Shown one piece after another: positions 52,251-64,000 of a stretch of DNA of 64,000 nucleotides. The notes under the pieces are model-generated. The model saw nothing but the letters and a program-made list of their open reading frames with translations, was not told the DNA's origin and ran no database searches. The first letter of the stretch is position 1, and every line of letters starts with the position of its first letter. The stretch comes from Lama guanicoe (taxonomy: Eukaryota), in assembly GCA_013239625.1 (NCBI GenBank), contig MU053652.1, positions 1,366,001-1,430,000 of the forward strand. The letters are read 5' to 3'. The position numbers were made by a program, and so were the translations under genes.

Positions 52251-55200
52251 AGAGCGCATTGGCCTGAACTGCAGGGGAAGTCCTCAACCTCTCAGAGTCT
52301 CTGATTCCTGCTTTCTGCAGGTGAGGAGCTGCCCCTGCGGGTCACGGCCTGCCGGGTCTGAGTCATCTGCAGAGGTCTGATCAGATGAACTAGTCCCTTT
52401 CTCAGCCTCAGGAACAAATCAGAAGATGTCTTGGACATAGAGTAGGAGCCTCTGACAATGAAGTTCTCTTCTCTTCTCCTCTTTCCCCCATTGAAACTGT
52501 GGGTGCTCCCAGAGGAGGAACCACACCAGGTTTTCCCAGGAGGGAAGAGAGAGGCAGCAGCCAAGGTAACACCCTGACCAGCTCACTGTTGTGACTGGAC
52601 CCTCCCAGTCACCCTGCTCCCCTCCTCTGACCCACATCAGAGGCCCCTCTCCTTTGGTTGCTTCTCATGGACACAGATGCCCACCTTCAGGGAGCACAAA
52701 GATAAATCAAGAAAGTTAATTTTCTGGGAAGACTTACAGGAGCCTGTTTTTATTGTGTCCGAAAGGCTTCTTTTTCATTACCACCTAATGAGAGTTATTA
52801 ATCGCCTGGCTGGGCTGCTCATCCCTCCTCAGGAGGACTCACAGGTGTCCAGAACAGCTCTCCCATCCTCCGTGGGGCTGCCCTTCGTATTTGGAGTCAT
52901 ATATAAGCAAACTAAGTTCCAGAGTGTGGGTTTGTTACCCCAGCCTCTTCCATCATAGGAAGTCTTTTCTAAACTACTTTCTGAGAGGAATAGTTGCTTT
53001 ATGGCAGTTTCTCTCTTTTCAAAATCTGGATTTAGTAGAAGAAATATTACCATGGTAATAGACTTTCATTTTTCTTAATAGGCACTTTTTTCTAGTGCTT
53101 ACCCTTTAAGAGTTAGAAGTGCAATATGTTAGTGTTTTGTGTGTTACTACAGTAAGTTGTGTAGACAGTTAATTACTTGTAAGTTAATTTGAATGTTACA
53201 CAGAGCATTTGTCATAAGAGATGAAACTAGACCCAGGCGTTAAGAAGTTAACCTGTGTTTCCTTCAAAGCAGGAAGAATAAAGACCAGTACTAGCTGTGG
53301 GGGAAAGAGACCAACACTGAATACAAAACAAGTTTGCTAATCAGATTTTCAGGTGCCCATGAGTTGTGCTTGGTGCAGAGCGTGCTTTGTGCTTCTCATA
53401 AATTGAATTTATTGATTACTTTCCCTTCTTACTTACAGGCTTCTCCTTCTGTCTCTCCCACTCCCTGTTCTTCCTCAGAGCTCTGTCTTCCACTGCCTGC
53501 TTTTCCTGTCCCCCTTATTGAGAGCTCAGGTGTGTGCAGGGTACATTTCCATTTTAGTTTTCCCCCATAAACCTTTCCCCTGTAAGCCTTCCTTCCATAC
53601 CCAACTTTACTATGTGTTTTGGAATCTTGGTGAGGTACTTGGTGAGCTCAGACAGAGACAAGCACTCTGAGTGGTATCTGTCTTTTTAATAAAAGACAAA
53701 GAACACTATTTTTATTCTCTTCATGATGGTTGTGAGCAACCTAGGGTTGCCATGATTTCTCTTCTACATATTGAGACAGCCAGTAGCTGACACCCCGCTC
53801 TGATAGTCAACCCCTCCAAGAAAGCTGTAGTTCAAAAATCAATTGATGACATAACTGTGTAACAAAAATATTTGAGGAAAACAGTTAATATGGTCTCAAC
53901 CAATGGAAATGACACATGGTCTCTGGTCCCTGGGGCACTGCTCCTGTCTGACAGTGCAGGACGCCAATCCTTCCTTCCTCAGCGGCTGGAATCAGAGAGA
54001 GGCTTGGGAAAAGAGCAGTGTGGGTGCCTGAACCATTCTCTCCTTTTGGTACTTTAGCCAGCTGTTTATAAGAGGTGTTTCTGCAGCCCCAGTAGGTGAA
54101 TGATGAGCAAATGCAAGGAATTTCTTTCTCCACATTAAGATTAAGTGTTAGCAGTTTCTTAAATGAAGGAAGCAATTTTTTATAACTTGCAAATCTCCCT
54201 CATTCTTCGGGGAATTTCCTATGTTAATTTATGCAGTGTTAAATTTATGCAGTATTGAAATTCAGCCTAACAGCAGCTACTTACAAAACCAATACAGGGA
54301 TGGTAGGAGAACCTATAGGTGGCGGCTGACCGATACAGACCCTGCCCGGCCTCAGGGTCCCTCCAGCGAAAGGTCCTTGGATCTGGGTTTTAGGAGCTTT
54401 TACGGCATAGTTGTGATATACTAAAAACACAGAATGCTTTGACAGTTTATTCATTTTTTTAAAAAATTCAACTTGATGTTGTATTTGTTAATATCTCTGA
54501 CAGAAATTTAATTTTGTACCCCCCTGCCACCCATTGGTGGCAGCTGAGTGCAATTTGACCACATGTGTGTAGAGCAGCCCTGGAAGACACAACCTTGTTG
54601 CTTGTGTCTTTAAGGAGTCACCTGTGAATCAGGTGAATTGCCATGCTCTCTTTGAGGATGTGATTTTTGATACACATACCATGGTATTTTGTGAATGTGG
54701 TTACTTCTCTGTATTTAATATTTGTTTAAAAGTGTTCTTTCAGTGTCTTCATGTTAGACTGGCCCACTGATCTTCATGTCAGCCAGGGCCCAGCTCACCT
54801 CTCTTAAGAGTCCGACATTCTTAGCATTACATGTCTTGGGTGAAAAATTACCCTTCTGTATTTGGTTGGGGGTTACAGGGAGATGAATAGTAAAAAGATT
54901 CCGTAGACTCTTGTAAACACTTTAACTGTTGCTTTTAATTATGTTGTGGTCACTGTGAATAATTTTGCAACATTTGAAAGGAGGTATGTTGTCACACAGC
55001 TGTCGCTAAACTAAAAGACCCAAATTATAGAGTAAGGCACAGCTGTGTTATTTCGACCAGATAGGTAACAGCTTAAAGTTCCCATTGGTATGTTGAAGAA
55101 AGTAGTGAGTATGTAAGTGGCATCACTCACAAAGTGATCATTTTCTTTAGTAATTAAATACCTTTATGTGGGCTCATTGTAGATCTGCTTAATATTGGCT

Positions 55201-55529
55201 TCTGTTTTGTGTTAATAAGTAATGTTGTGGCAAGGTTGTCTATGTATCTGGAGTTTATAGAGCTTTCCATCTGTGTAGTTGGAGAGACTTTCACAGATCA
55301 AGTCACAAGGTGTGAGGATAAATGACACTGTGACATTGCCTGGTCTGACTCTTATAAGTGCTTGGTTTTTAAGTTTTCCAACAAATGCAGAGCTCATATA
55401 AATGATGGGTTTCAGAGGAGCCTCACATTCCGGTTTTAGTTCTACGAGACAGCTCTGTGCTGAGTGGAGTCTTCTGCTTAATCTGCTTTGTCTCCTGTTT
55501 TCTCTAGATACATCTAGCTTTTCTGATTT

Positions 55530-56820
55530 ACTTCCTCCTTAACTGCATTGTCATCTTTTCTGACCATTTCAGTGTGCATTCTCTCCAAGCTAGTTTGTCT
55601 CCTTTTATATCTGTTCTTCTCTTGTGCCCTATGGACATTAGACTTGTAGAAGCCTATTATCATGGATACTTTAGGATAATCTTTAGGATAAGCTATCCAT
55701 CCTGTGCTTCTGTGACCCAATTTGCTTATTTGTCCTTCCCCTTTTCTTTTCTGCCCTTTATTCCAGTCTCTTTTCTTTATCTTTGACCTTAAATATTTAT
55801 CTCTAAAGACCTTTGACCTCTTTCCCAAGTCTGCAACTTCCCTCTAGACATTTCCATCTGGAATGTCTCATCATCATCCTAGAGTCCCAAACCTAGAATT
55901 TCAGTCATCTTACTCACTTCCAGGAGGAAGTGGCTCCTCCCCTGATTTCCCTGTTTTTTTTAGTCACACCCCCATTCTGTCACTGAGGACCCACCCTACC
56001 TTAGATCTCATTATCCCTTTTTTTTCTTCCCTTGTCTTTTTATGGCTCTATTTCTTGTTCCCATTCTTACTTGGTTTCTAATCTGCCTCCTCCCTGGTCT
56101 TCCTGACTCCAGACTCTCCTCCATTGGATCCATTGTGCTAAGGATGTCAGGGTAACTTTCCCAAATGACATTCTCCTATTAAAGACATTCGTTGGATTCC
56201 CAGGTTTTTTCTGTGGCCAACAAGGAAGTATCTCAGCCTGACATCCACTCTGGGCCCTTTTTATATTCTTTTCCTTAGTACCTCCTGAGTGCCTACCCTT
56301 TCCTCTAGCTAGGCCTGTCTCTCTCCTCCATTCTTCACCCCACACTTACTGGGCTTGTTTCCACCTCTGAATCTTTACCAGTGCTTCCCATGCTCACTCC
56401 CCCTCCCCAAATCCTTCTGTTTGTATTCTATCTATACAGAAAGATCATCTGAGGAGCCTTACCTGATCGCTCCAGCTGCAGAGAGTTATCCTTTTCTGAA
56501 ATGGGCAGCACCACTCCACTTGTGAATACTTTCTCTGAAAGAGTACACAAATTAGGAAAGAGGAAGAAGAGAAAAAATTGCTTCGTCCTATATATTCTTT
56601 TATTGTTCTTGAATTGTATGCTGTGTGCATGTATTACCTATTCAGTAAAATAAAATTTTAATGTATATCTAGCAAATACAATTTTTTAAATAGCAAATTA
56701 TCACCTTGTCTTATGCCTTAATTTTCTGTGAGCATGTTATTGGTTTCCCCATATCACCTAACTCAGTACTGTGAGTGCCTAGTAGGAGCTCAGATAAGAG
56801 CTGGGTGAATAAGTGCATGG
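55530..56820 (+). mobile_element. L2 (with a small old L1-like insert near 56480-56660)
   Basis: tagacatttccatctggaatgtctca, gtttctaatctgcctcctccctgg, terminal gtgcctagtaggagctcagataa. Confidence 0.7.
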
Positions 56821-56997
56821 AAAGAAGAAGACATGAACAAATTAGAGGCTTCTTGGGCCTGACCTAGCCTCTTCTTCCTAATTTCAAAACTAAAGGGGAA
56901 AGGATCACTTTTGTTTTCTTAAAGATTCCTAAAAATGGAGACAGTATATCATCTGCCAAAGATAGTCAGAGGTTTGATCTGATAGTTAAGAATTCTT

Positions 56998-59074
56998 ATA
57001 TATTTTATATATAAAATTTTATATATATAAAATCCCAAAAACTCAACCAAAATGCTGTTAGAACTGATCAACAAATTCAGTAAAGTTGCAGGGTATAAAA
57101 TTCACATACAAAAAAATCAGTAGTGTTTCTGTACACTAACAATGAATTTTCTGAAAAAGAAGTTGATCCCATTTACAATCACATCAAAAACAATAAAATT
57201 CTTAGGAATAAATTTAACCAAGGATGTCAAAGATCTCTACTTTGAAAGCTGCAACACATTGATGAAACAAAGAAATTATGAGTAAATAGAAAGATATCCC
57301 ATGTTCATGGATTGGAAGAATTATTATTGTTAAAAAGTCAGTATTGCCAAATGCCATCTATAGATTCAGTGCAATCCCTGTCAAGATTCCACTGTTTGTT
57401 TGTTTTTAATAAGAAGTAGAAAAAGCACTCCTAAAATTTTGGAACCACAAAAGACCCCGAGTAGCTAAAGAAATCCTGAAAAAGAATAACAAAGCAGGAG
57501 GCATCACACTTCCTGAACTCAGGCTATACTATAGAGCTATAGTAATTAAAACTGTAGTACTGGTATTGAAACAGACATACTGACCAATGAAACAGAATGA
57601 AGAGCCCAGAAATAAACCTAAACATATACAGTCAACTGATATTTGACAAGGGAGCTAAGAATACTCAGTGAAGAAAAGATTGTCTCATCTGTAAATGGTG
57701 GAGGCAAAATTGGATATTCACATGTCAAAGAATAAAACTAGACCTTTATCATATACCTTTCACAAAAACTAATTCAAAATGGGTTAAAGTCTTAAATATA
57801 AGACCTGAAACTATGAAACTCATTGAAGAAAACATGGGGGGAAAAAGCTTCTTGACTGGAGTCTTCATAATTATTTTTTGGAAATCATACCTAAAATATA
57901 AGGAAAAAAATAAAAAATAAGTGAGACTACATAGAACTAAAAAGCTTCTGCACAGTAAAAGAAACCATCAACAAAGTGAAAAGACAACCTGCAGAACAGG
58001 AAAAATTATTTACAAACCATGTATCTGATGAGGAATTAATATCCAAAATACATGAGGAACTCATACAACTCAATAGCAAAAAAAAAAGGACCTGAATAGA
58101 CGTTTTTCAAACAAAGATGTTTGAATGGCCAACAGGTGTATGAAAATATGCTCAATGTCGCTAGTCATTAGAGAAATACAAATTAAAACCACAGTGATGA
58201 GCTGTCACCCCATGCCGGTTAGAATGGCCATCATCAAAGAGACAGGAGATAACAAGTGCTGATGTAGACGTGGAGAAAAGGGAACCCTTGTGCACTGTTG
58301 GTGGGGTTGCAAATTGGTGTAACAACTATGGAACACAGTATAGAGGTCCCTTAAAAAATTAAAAATAGAACTATTAAATGATCCAGCATTTCTGCTTCTG
58401 GGAATATATCCAAAGGAAACAAAAACACTAACTCAGAAATATACCTGCACTCCCATGTTCATAGCAGCATTGTTCACAGTAGCTGAAACATGGAACCAAC
58501 CTATGTCTATCAATGGATGAATGGATAAAGAAGTGTGGTATATATGTGTATATATATATATACACAATGGACTATTGCGTGGCCATTAAAATAAACAAGG
58601 AAATCTTACCCTTTGCTATAATATGGGTGAACCTTGAGGACATTATGCTAAGTGAAGTAAATCAGACAGAGAAATACTGTATGATCTTACTTGTATGTGG
58701 AATTTAAAAACAAACACCAAGCTTATAGAGAGAGAGAAGCTTTTGTGGTTACAAGGAGGGGGTGTAGGGGGGAGGAGAATTGGAGGAAGGAGGTCAAAAG
58801 GTACCAACTTCCAGTTATAAGGTAAATACCAGAGATGTAATATACAACATGATGACTGTTGTTAACACTGTGTTACAATATAGTAAAGTTAAGAGATCTC
58901 AAGAGTTTGCAATACAAGGATAATTTTTTTCTTTTTATTGTGACTATATGAGATGATGGATGCCAGCTAAACCTATTGTAATCGTTTTCAGAATTATGTA
59001 AATCACACCATTATGCTGTATACCTTGAAACTTTTAGTGCTGTATGTCAATCATTTCTCAATAAAACTGGAAAA
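56998..59074 (+). mobile_element. 5'-truncated L1 (L1MA9-like): degraded ORF2 3' half plus 3'UTR
   Basis: aattcagtaaagttgcagggtataaaat, cccatgttcatggattggaagaa, agcccagaaataaacc, terminal tttctcaataaaactggaaaaaaaa. Candidate TSD aagaattctt (56988-56997) / aaaagttctt (59075-59084). Confidence 0.9.
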
Positions 59075-59357
59075 AAAAGTTCTTCCTGTCTGCCACTCCT
59101 CACCCACACCAACATAAATAATGAAATAAAATGTAGGAGCCATATTTGTAATTTGGGACTAGATACTTATCCTTGTAGTTCTGCCCAGCATTATGATTTC
59201 ATGTGCATCTTCATTCTGCCTAGAGTGAGCAGCAGTTTCAGAGAGAGGATCTTGTCTTCACTTGACAGATTACTTCTTCATCACACTCCATCCCCACCCC
59301 TTCCCTCTTGGCAAAAGCTTCCCCCCAGTCCCTGTGCCACCAGAAATGCTCCCACAC

Positions 59358-59361
<4 letters not shown>

Positions 59362-59393
<32 letters not shown>
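59362..59393. repeat. (AC)n microsatellite, about 16 units
   Basis: Perfect run seen directly. Confidence 0.95.
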
Positions 59394-59394
<1 letters not shown>

Positions 59395-59637
59395 ACCGCC
59401 ACCCCCACAGTCCAGGCCATGTTCACCCTTAGGGTGGGCTGAGGGGTCATTTGGAGATTTACATGCTTAAACATTGATGCTCATTAAAAGGAGTCATATT
59501 TCGAGACCTGGAAGAATACGTCTCTATGTGTTTTTGAAGTAGGTCTTTGAAAAGCATTGCAAATATTACTAAATCGTTACTGCCATTTTTTGGTCTCCTT
59601 CTGGTGGTGAATCTTACGTTTTCTATTTTTCTTGCAG

Positions 59638-59661
59638 AGCATGCTTGAAAAGGGAGGATAA
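59638..59661 (+). CDS. CHCHD3: CHCHD3/MIC19 last exon, coding part (SMLEKGG-stop)
   Basis: Acceptor ttttctatttttcttgcag| then AGC ATG CTT GAA AAG GGA GGA TAA. Matches the recalled MIC19 C-terminus and is in frame with the previous exon. Confidence 0.95.
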   Translation, partial: SMLEKGG

Positions 59662-59876
59662 AGTCAACTTTTAGAACAAGCAAAACTTCTACGTTAATTC
59701 CAGAGGTGGAACATTTTTTTTTTCCTAGTAAGAAAGTAACCCATTTAAAGAGAAGACCGTTGAAGAGAAGCATCAGAGAGCAGAGTCAGCAGAAGCATAT
59801 CACAGTTTGATCGGCAACAGTTTGAAAAGCCAGGGCCTAGATCAGGAATCAGCCATCAAGGACGTGCTACAGTGTT

Positions 59877-59902
59877 AATAAAGCCCATTTATGATGATTA
59901 AA
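59877..59902 (+). terminator. Candidate proximal polyadenylation signals (AATAAA 59877-59882, ATTAAA 59897-59902)
   Basis: Both hexamers are seen directly, with U-rich ccttttgtactttc downstream. Usage is not demonstrated. Confidence 0.4.
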
Positions 59903-60328
59903 AAGAAAGACAGCCCTCTCCACCTTTTGTACTTTCGATTCCGCTTCCTCGTCTAACCAAGTGCTGCCATTTGGTGAACCTTCACTCCAGCAAAGCTGGG
60001 GGTTGGGATCGAGGGCTGAGATCATCGGAGTGGGAAGAAGAGAAGCCAAAACCCTCCTTCTTGGGCAGCAGTGCTAGGCGGAATTAGCTAGGCTGTTGTC
60101 ATGTTAGGTTCCTCTTTTTCTTTTCTCTGTGTCTGTGTAAGAGCTACTTTATTTTAACTTACGGTGATCATGTAAGAAAACAAAAAGGAAAGAAAATGTA
60201 CCTCTTTTACTGGAATAATGTTTCTGATTACAAGTGAAATAGGCATTTTTTATCAACATGAAGGAAACCTTGGCTTCTGCGACATCTCTATCATGAGTAC
60301 TGACATCTTTACTTCACTCACTATCAAT

Positions 60329-60334
60329 AATAAA
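60329..60334 (+). terminator. Distal (probably main) polyadenylation signal AATAAA
   Basis: caataATAAAtatattttctga context (AATAAA at 60329-60334), followed by a GU-rich tract (cattgtggtctgggg). Confidence 0.8.
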
Positions 60335-60939
60335 TATATTTTCTGACGAAGACTGGCATTGTGGTCTGGGGCCTCTCGTATTATTGATTGATTGATCGAT
60401 CGATCGATCTGTTTATTTAGCCGGATTAGATGGTTACACTTATGGGAATTGCGTTAATTTATACCATTATTAATTTGTATTTGTGTGGTACGTTTCCTCT
60501 ACAAAACTCCAACATGCTTTGCAGAACCTTAGACAGGCAAGAGATACTTAAAACTTGTAGGATTCAGGAAGATCTTTACAAATTGCATGAACCTTCCTTT
60601 CTTTGGAATGATTGCAGTCATCCTGCCTGGGGCAAGAACTAGACTAGATAACCTTGGTTTGGTTGATAGAGGAAAATGTTAAAAGGGAAAAAAAAAATAA
60701 CAGATTTTTTTCTCTCTCTCCAATTGCATCAAAACTTCCTGATGATAATTCTCACTTTTCTACCAGAGGATTGGTGCTTCAACACTGGAAGTTACTTGGA
60801 AATGAGTAGTCAAACTGAATGGAAGGATCTTCCCGGGAAAGAGAAAGAAAAGAACACCAGTGCTCTGTGATGCCATCTAAACATCTTTTGTCGTGTAGAA
60901 TTTTTATTTCATTTTTATCGTTACAGGAGATAATTTAGC

Positions 60940-61160
60940 AAAATAATTAAGAATTCAGGCTCGGAATAAGGTGCATCTGTGTTCAGATTGCGACTCTGCT
61001 CCTGCCCAGCTGGGGGATCTAATTAAGTCACCCCACCATGCTAAGCCTCAGATTCCTCAACTGTAAATCAAGGGGAAACGCAAGAACCTGCCTTGTAGGC
61101 TTATGGTGACGAGCACAGATGCTTTCCACATACATTTGGTCAGGCTCGTTGGATTATTCA
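60940..61160 (+). mobile_element. MIR
   Basis: ctgtgttcagattgcgactctgctc...aagtcacccc...aagcctcagattcctcaactgtaaa...acctgccttgtaggc. Confidence 0.7.
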
Positions 61161-64000
61161 ATAAACTGGTATTTGGAGTTGGGGGCGTGGAAGAAACGTC
61201 CACCTACCTTTTACTTAGGGAAGTTGAAGGAATGTTAACTTGTGTTGGGAAATTTCGGCCAGCCCCCTTTCGTGTAAGTGTGGCTTCTTATGCCACGTTT
61301 GAAATCCCCATTTGAATGGCATCTCTGTGGATAGTTGTGGACACACTGTAAACCTGATGCTGATTCTGAATGACGTTGGGGACACTCCTACCGTAATTAC
61401 TGAGCAGCTCTGTGGTTCTGTTTCGTCAAAGTTTTTTGTTTTTGTTTAAGTGATGCAAAATAAGCTGCATTCATTTCGGTGTGAATGAAGGAAGCATTGG
61501 TAACTTGAGGAGCAGCTCGTCTTGGCGTTGTCAGGAAGGCATCCAGGTAACTGCCTGGGAGAAATAATAGGGACACGGAAACAAATGCGTACACGGTGAC
61601 TTGCCGTCGTGTTTGCAAATCAGCTAACTCATAAATTCCCTCCTATACTGTTTTGTTTTGCAATTTAGAGCCAAGAACTTGGCACATCCCAGGCTGCCAG
61701 TCTTGTTGCTGGCAGGGAAATACAGCACTGAAGAGTCAGGCATTTAGAGCTGGTTAAATCCACGAAAATGGAAGGTGGTCTGTCAGGACATCTCTCTCCC
61801 AGCACTGGTTATTAACTTCTCATTCTGGTAAACACATTGTGTACAAAGGGGAAAGACTGCACTTTTAGAGAAATGAAAGGCTGAAATGATGCCTTTTCCT
61901 GAACCTCGGAGACCTCCCTGTTAATTGCATCACGGCTCTGCCTGGGTCACCTCAGGATGATGGCTTGAAGAGAATGTTGTGAACTGTATGAGGCTCATGG
62001 GAGCAACACATAACAATCAGTATCTCCATTAAGTAGAACACACCTTGAACCACAATAGTTTAGCTCATGAAGCCAAGAAGAATAAAGTATTTTGAAAGCT
62101 GGTCAGATGTTACCACGCTTAACTAATGTCTAGTGAACTTCTAGAAGATAACGGTCAAATCACAAAGTCCTCCCTTTGAAAAGTCAGTAACTTACTACAG
62201 AAAATGTGCCAATGTGCAGTGGTTTGAAAAGTTGACTAAACATTATTAACAGCAAATGTGGACTGCTAAAAGCCAGGTACTTGTGGCCTGCCGGTCAACC
62301 AGTGAGACTCTTCTCTACAGGAGCTCTGAGCTGCTGCTCTTTTGCTTCAAACTGAACAAGCGGCCAGATGTCCTCAGCCTCTCTGGCTTAGGAGTTGGGA
62401 ACCTGTGGTTCTGAGCTAGGTCTTTCAGCCGACAGGTGTAATTGCTTGCCAGAAGCCTCCAGGATAATTCTTTCCCCCATTTCCGTGAGCTGTAGGTGCT
62501 GACCCTTTCAAGATTAAGAACTAGAGTAGTTGAACAATTGAAAGAGCTGTAATAACTAACTGTGATGATTCTGTTTCGAGTTTCAATTCTTGAAAAGCTC
62601 CTGCTTTGAATGAGTTAATGTTCATTTTCTCTCTCACTGCTCCCCCAGGTTTTCATCCATTTCTCATGTTCCCCCTCTCAATTACTCCATCTTTATCGCT
62701 GCCTCTAGCCTCTTCTGTATGTTTAAACTTTTCTCACCCTTCTTGGCCTTTAAGGCCCACCTCCTGAGACATAATACTATGGCATTATCTTGGGTGTAGA
62801 ATCCTGGGCTCTTGCTCTGAGTTCTGCTCTGTTGCCTCTTGGAGCAAGCCATGCCTCCTCAGGTTTCTCTCTGCCCGGTGGCCTGCTGTGGCTCTTCTGC
62901 ATTACAGCAAGTGATTGTTGATACTTCCTTCCCTTCCCCAGCCTCCTAGTTCTTATGTATATTTAGTACTTCTTATCATTTAGTGGTTTCTCATATTTGT
63001 AGTTCTTAATTTATAAACCTGGTCAATGGAACTTTTTAAGTTCTGTGAAAAAAAAACTAAATATGTATTTAATTCTCTGTGACCTTTGTATTTTCCCTAT
63101 AGTTTATGATCCTCATTAGAGGAAAATGGTTCTCTTTCCCTTCCCCCAGAGAATTTACCGAGTGGGCAGTCTGTGTCCATCCTTCGATGTCTCCCCAGGA
63201 CTTGTAGCCAGTTTGTGCCCATGAGACCCATGATCCAACCCCCCTCCCCCACCCTCAGGACAGGAGACCATGGTGCCAACGCTCTGCTACCTGCATTAGT
63301 CTGAACAGTACATATGCTGGTTAACTCAATTCCACAGTTTATTTTTAAATTTATATTGAATATTTGTTTAAGTCTCTTGTCCTGCTGAATCTAAGAGAAT
63401 GCAGAATGTTACGGTTTTCAGTTTTCACTGTCTCCTTCCCTTGACCTACTTAGTGTCGGAGGTGCCAACAGTGACTGGAACTATATAAAGGGAATTAAAG
63501 GGACTTACTATTCAGAAGACAGAATACTAGCTCTTGGAGATCAAGGCTGTGTGAGAGAAGGGCTGGACATTATCCCCATGAAGTCCTTTTCATTCTCTAG
63601 CTCCGTCATTCAGAATCCACTGTAATTTGAGCACAGAAGTGTTTTTTACTTTTTTCAATTTAGATGATTTAAAGCTGTATCCACTCACTGTCACCCCCAG
63701 CCTGCTCATGGCCCAGGGAGGTGGGAGCAGTCAGTGATTTTTTCAGGTTCAGTGAGGTGGGAAACTTCAAGGCTGCCTTTGCATACCAAGGAGGTTCACT
63801 CTTGCTCGAATGTACCTTGGAGAGCAATGATGGTAGATTGACTTGATAAGCACCAAAGACAAAGTGGACTTGTTCTCCCGTACCCGGAATGAGATCCCCT
63901 CACTCTTCGGACAGGGTCCCTAACACTAAGAATTTGGACCTAAGTACCAGAGAGCTTCAGGAACTTTCAATTCTATTACCTTCCAAAGCCCAAAGTCACT

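Larger units (their letters stand above)
59662..60350 (+). other. CHCHD3: CHCHD3 3' UTR (3' end approximate)
   Basis: Follows the stop codon and has no evident repeats. The end is placed about 15 nt after AATAAA at 60329. Confidence 0.75.

Noticed and set aside
1..64000. CRISPR arrays, operons, rRNA or prokaryotic defence systems
   Set aside because: The sequence is mammalian intron-rich DNA. No repeat-spacer arrays or long intact ORFs were seen.

Overview
This is mammalian genomic DNA, not prokaryotic. It is probably from a camelid, inferred from a tRNA-Ala-derived SINE resembling the camelid family and from artiodactyl-type L1 3' ends. The window holds the 3' end of CHCHD3 (MIC19, a MICOS subunit) on the + strand. 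Three coding exons (6883-6953, 47073-47208, 59638-59661) splice in frame through GT-AG introns of about 40 kb and 12.4 kb to give ...SSEFYKVTTEQYQKAAEEVEAKFK/RYECHPVCADLQAQILQCYRQNTQQTLSCSALASQYMRCVNQAKQ/SMLEKGG*. A ~0.7 kb 3'UTR with two AATAAA signals follows. The rest is intronic or downstream sequence with L1, L2, MIR, MLT/MER21/MER41-like LTRs, hAT MITEs and microsatellites. Nearly all listed ORFs look spurious. I found no convincing new multi-gene system. The most notable items are: (1) a TSD-bounded 2.2 kb L1 that keeps its 5'UTR and ORF1 but lacks almost all of ORF2 (half-L1-like); (2) a fifth cysteine just before the CX9C-CX9C motif of MIC19; (3) a MER41-like solo LTR with a GAS-type motif; (4) candidate alternative splicing and polyadenylation at the gene end. 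Repeat family names come from recalled consensus similarity, and old-repeat boundaries are approximate.
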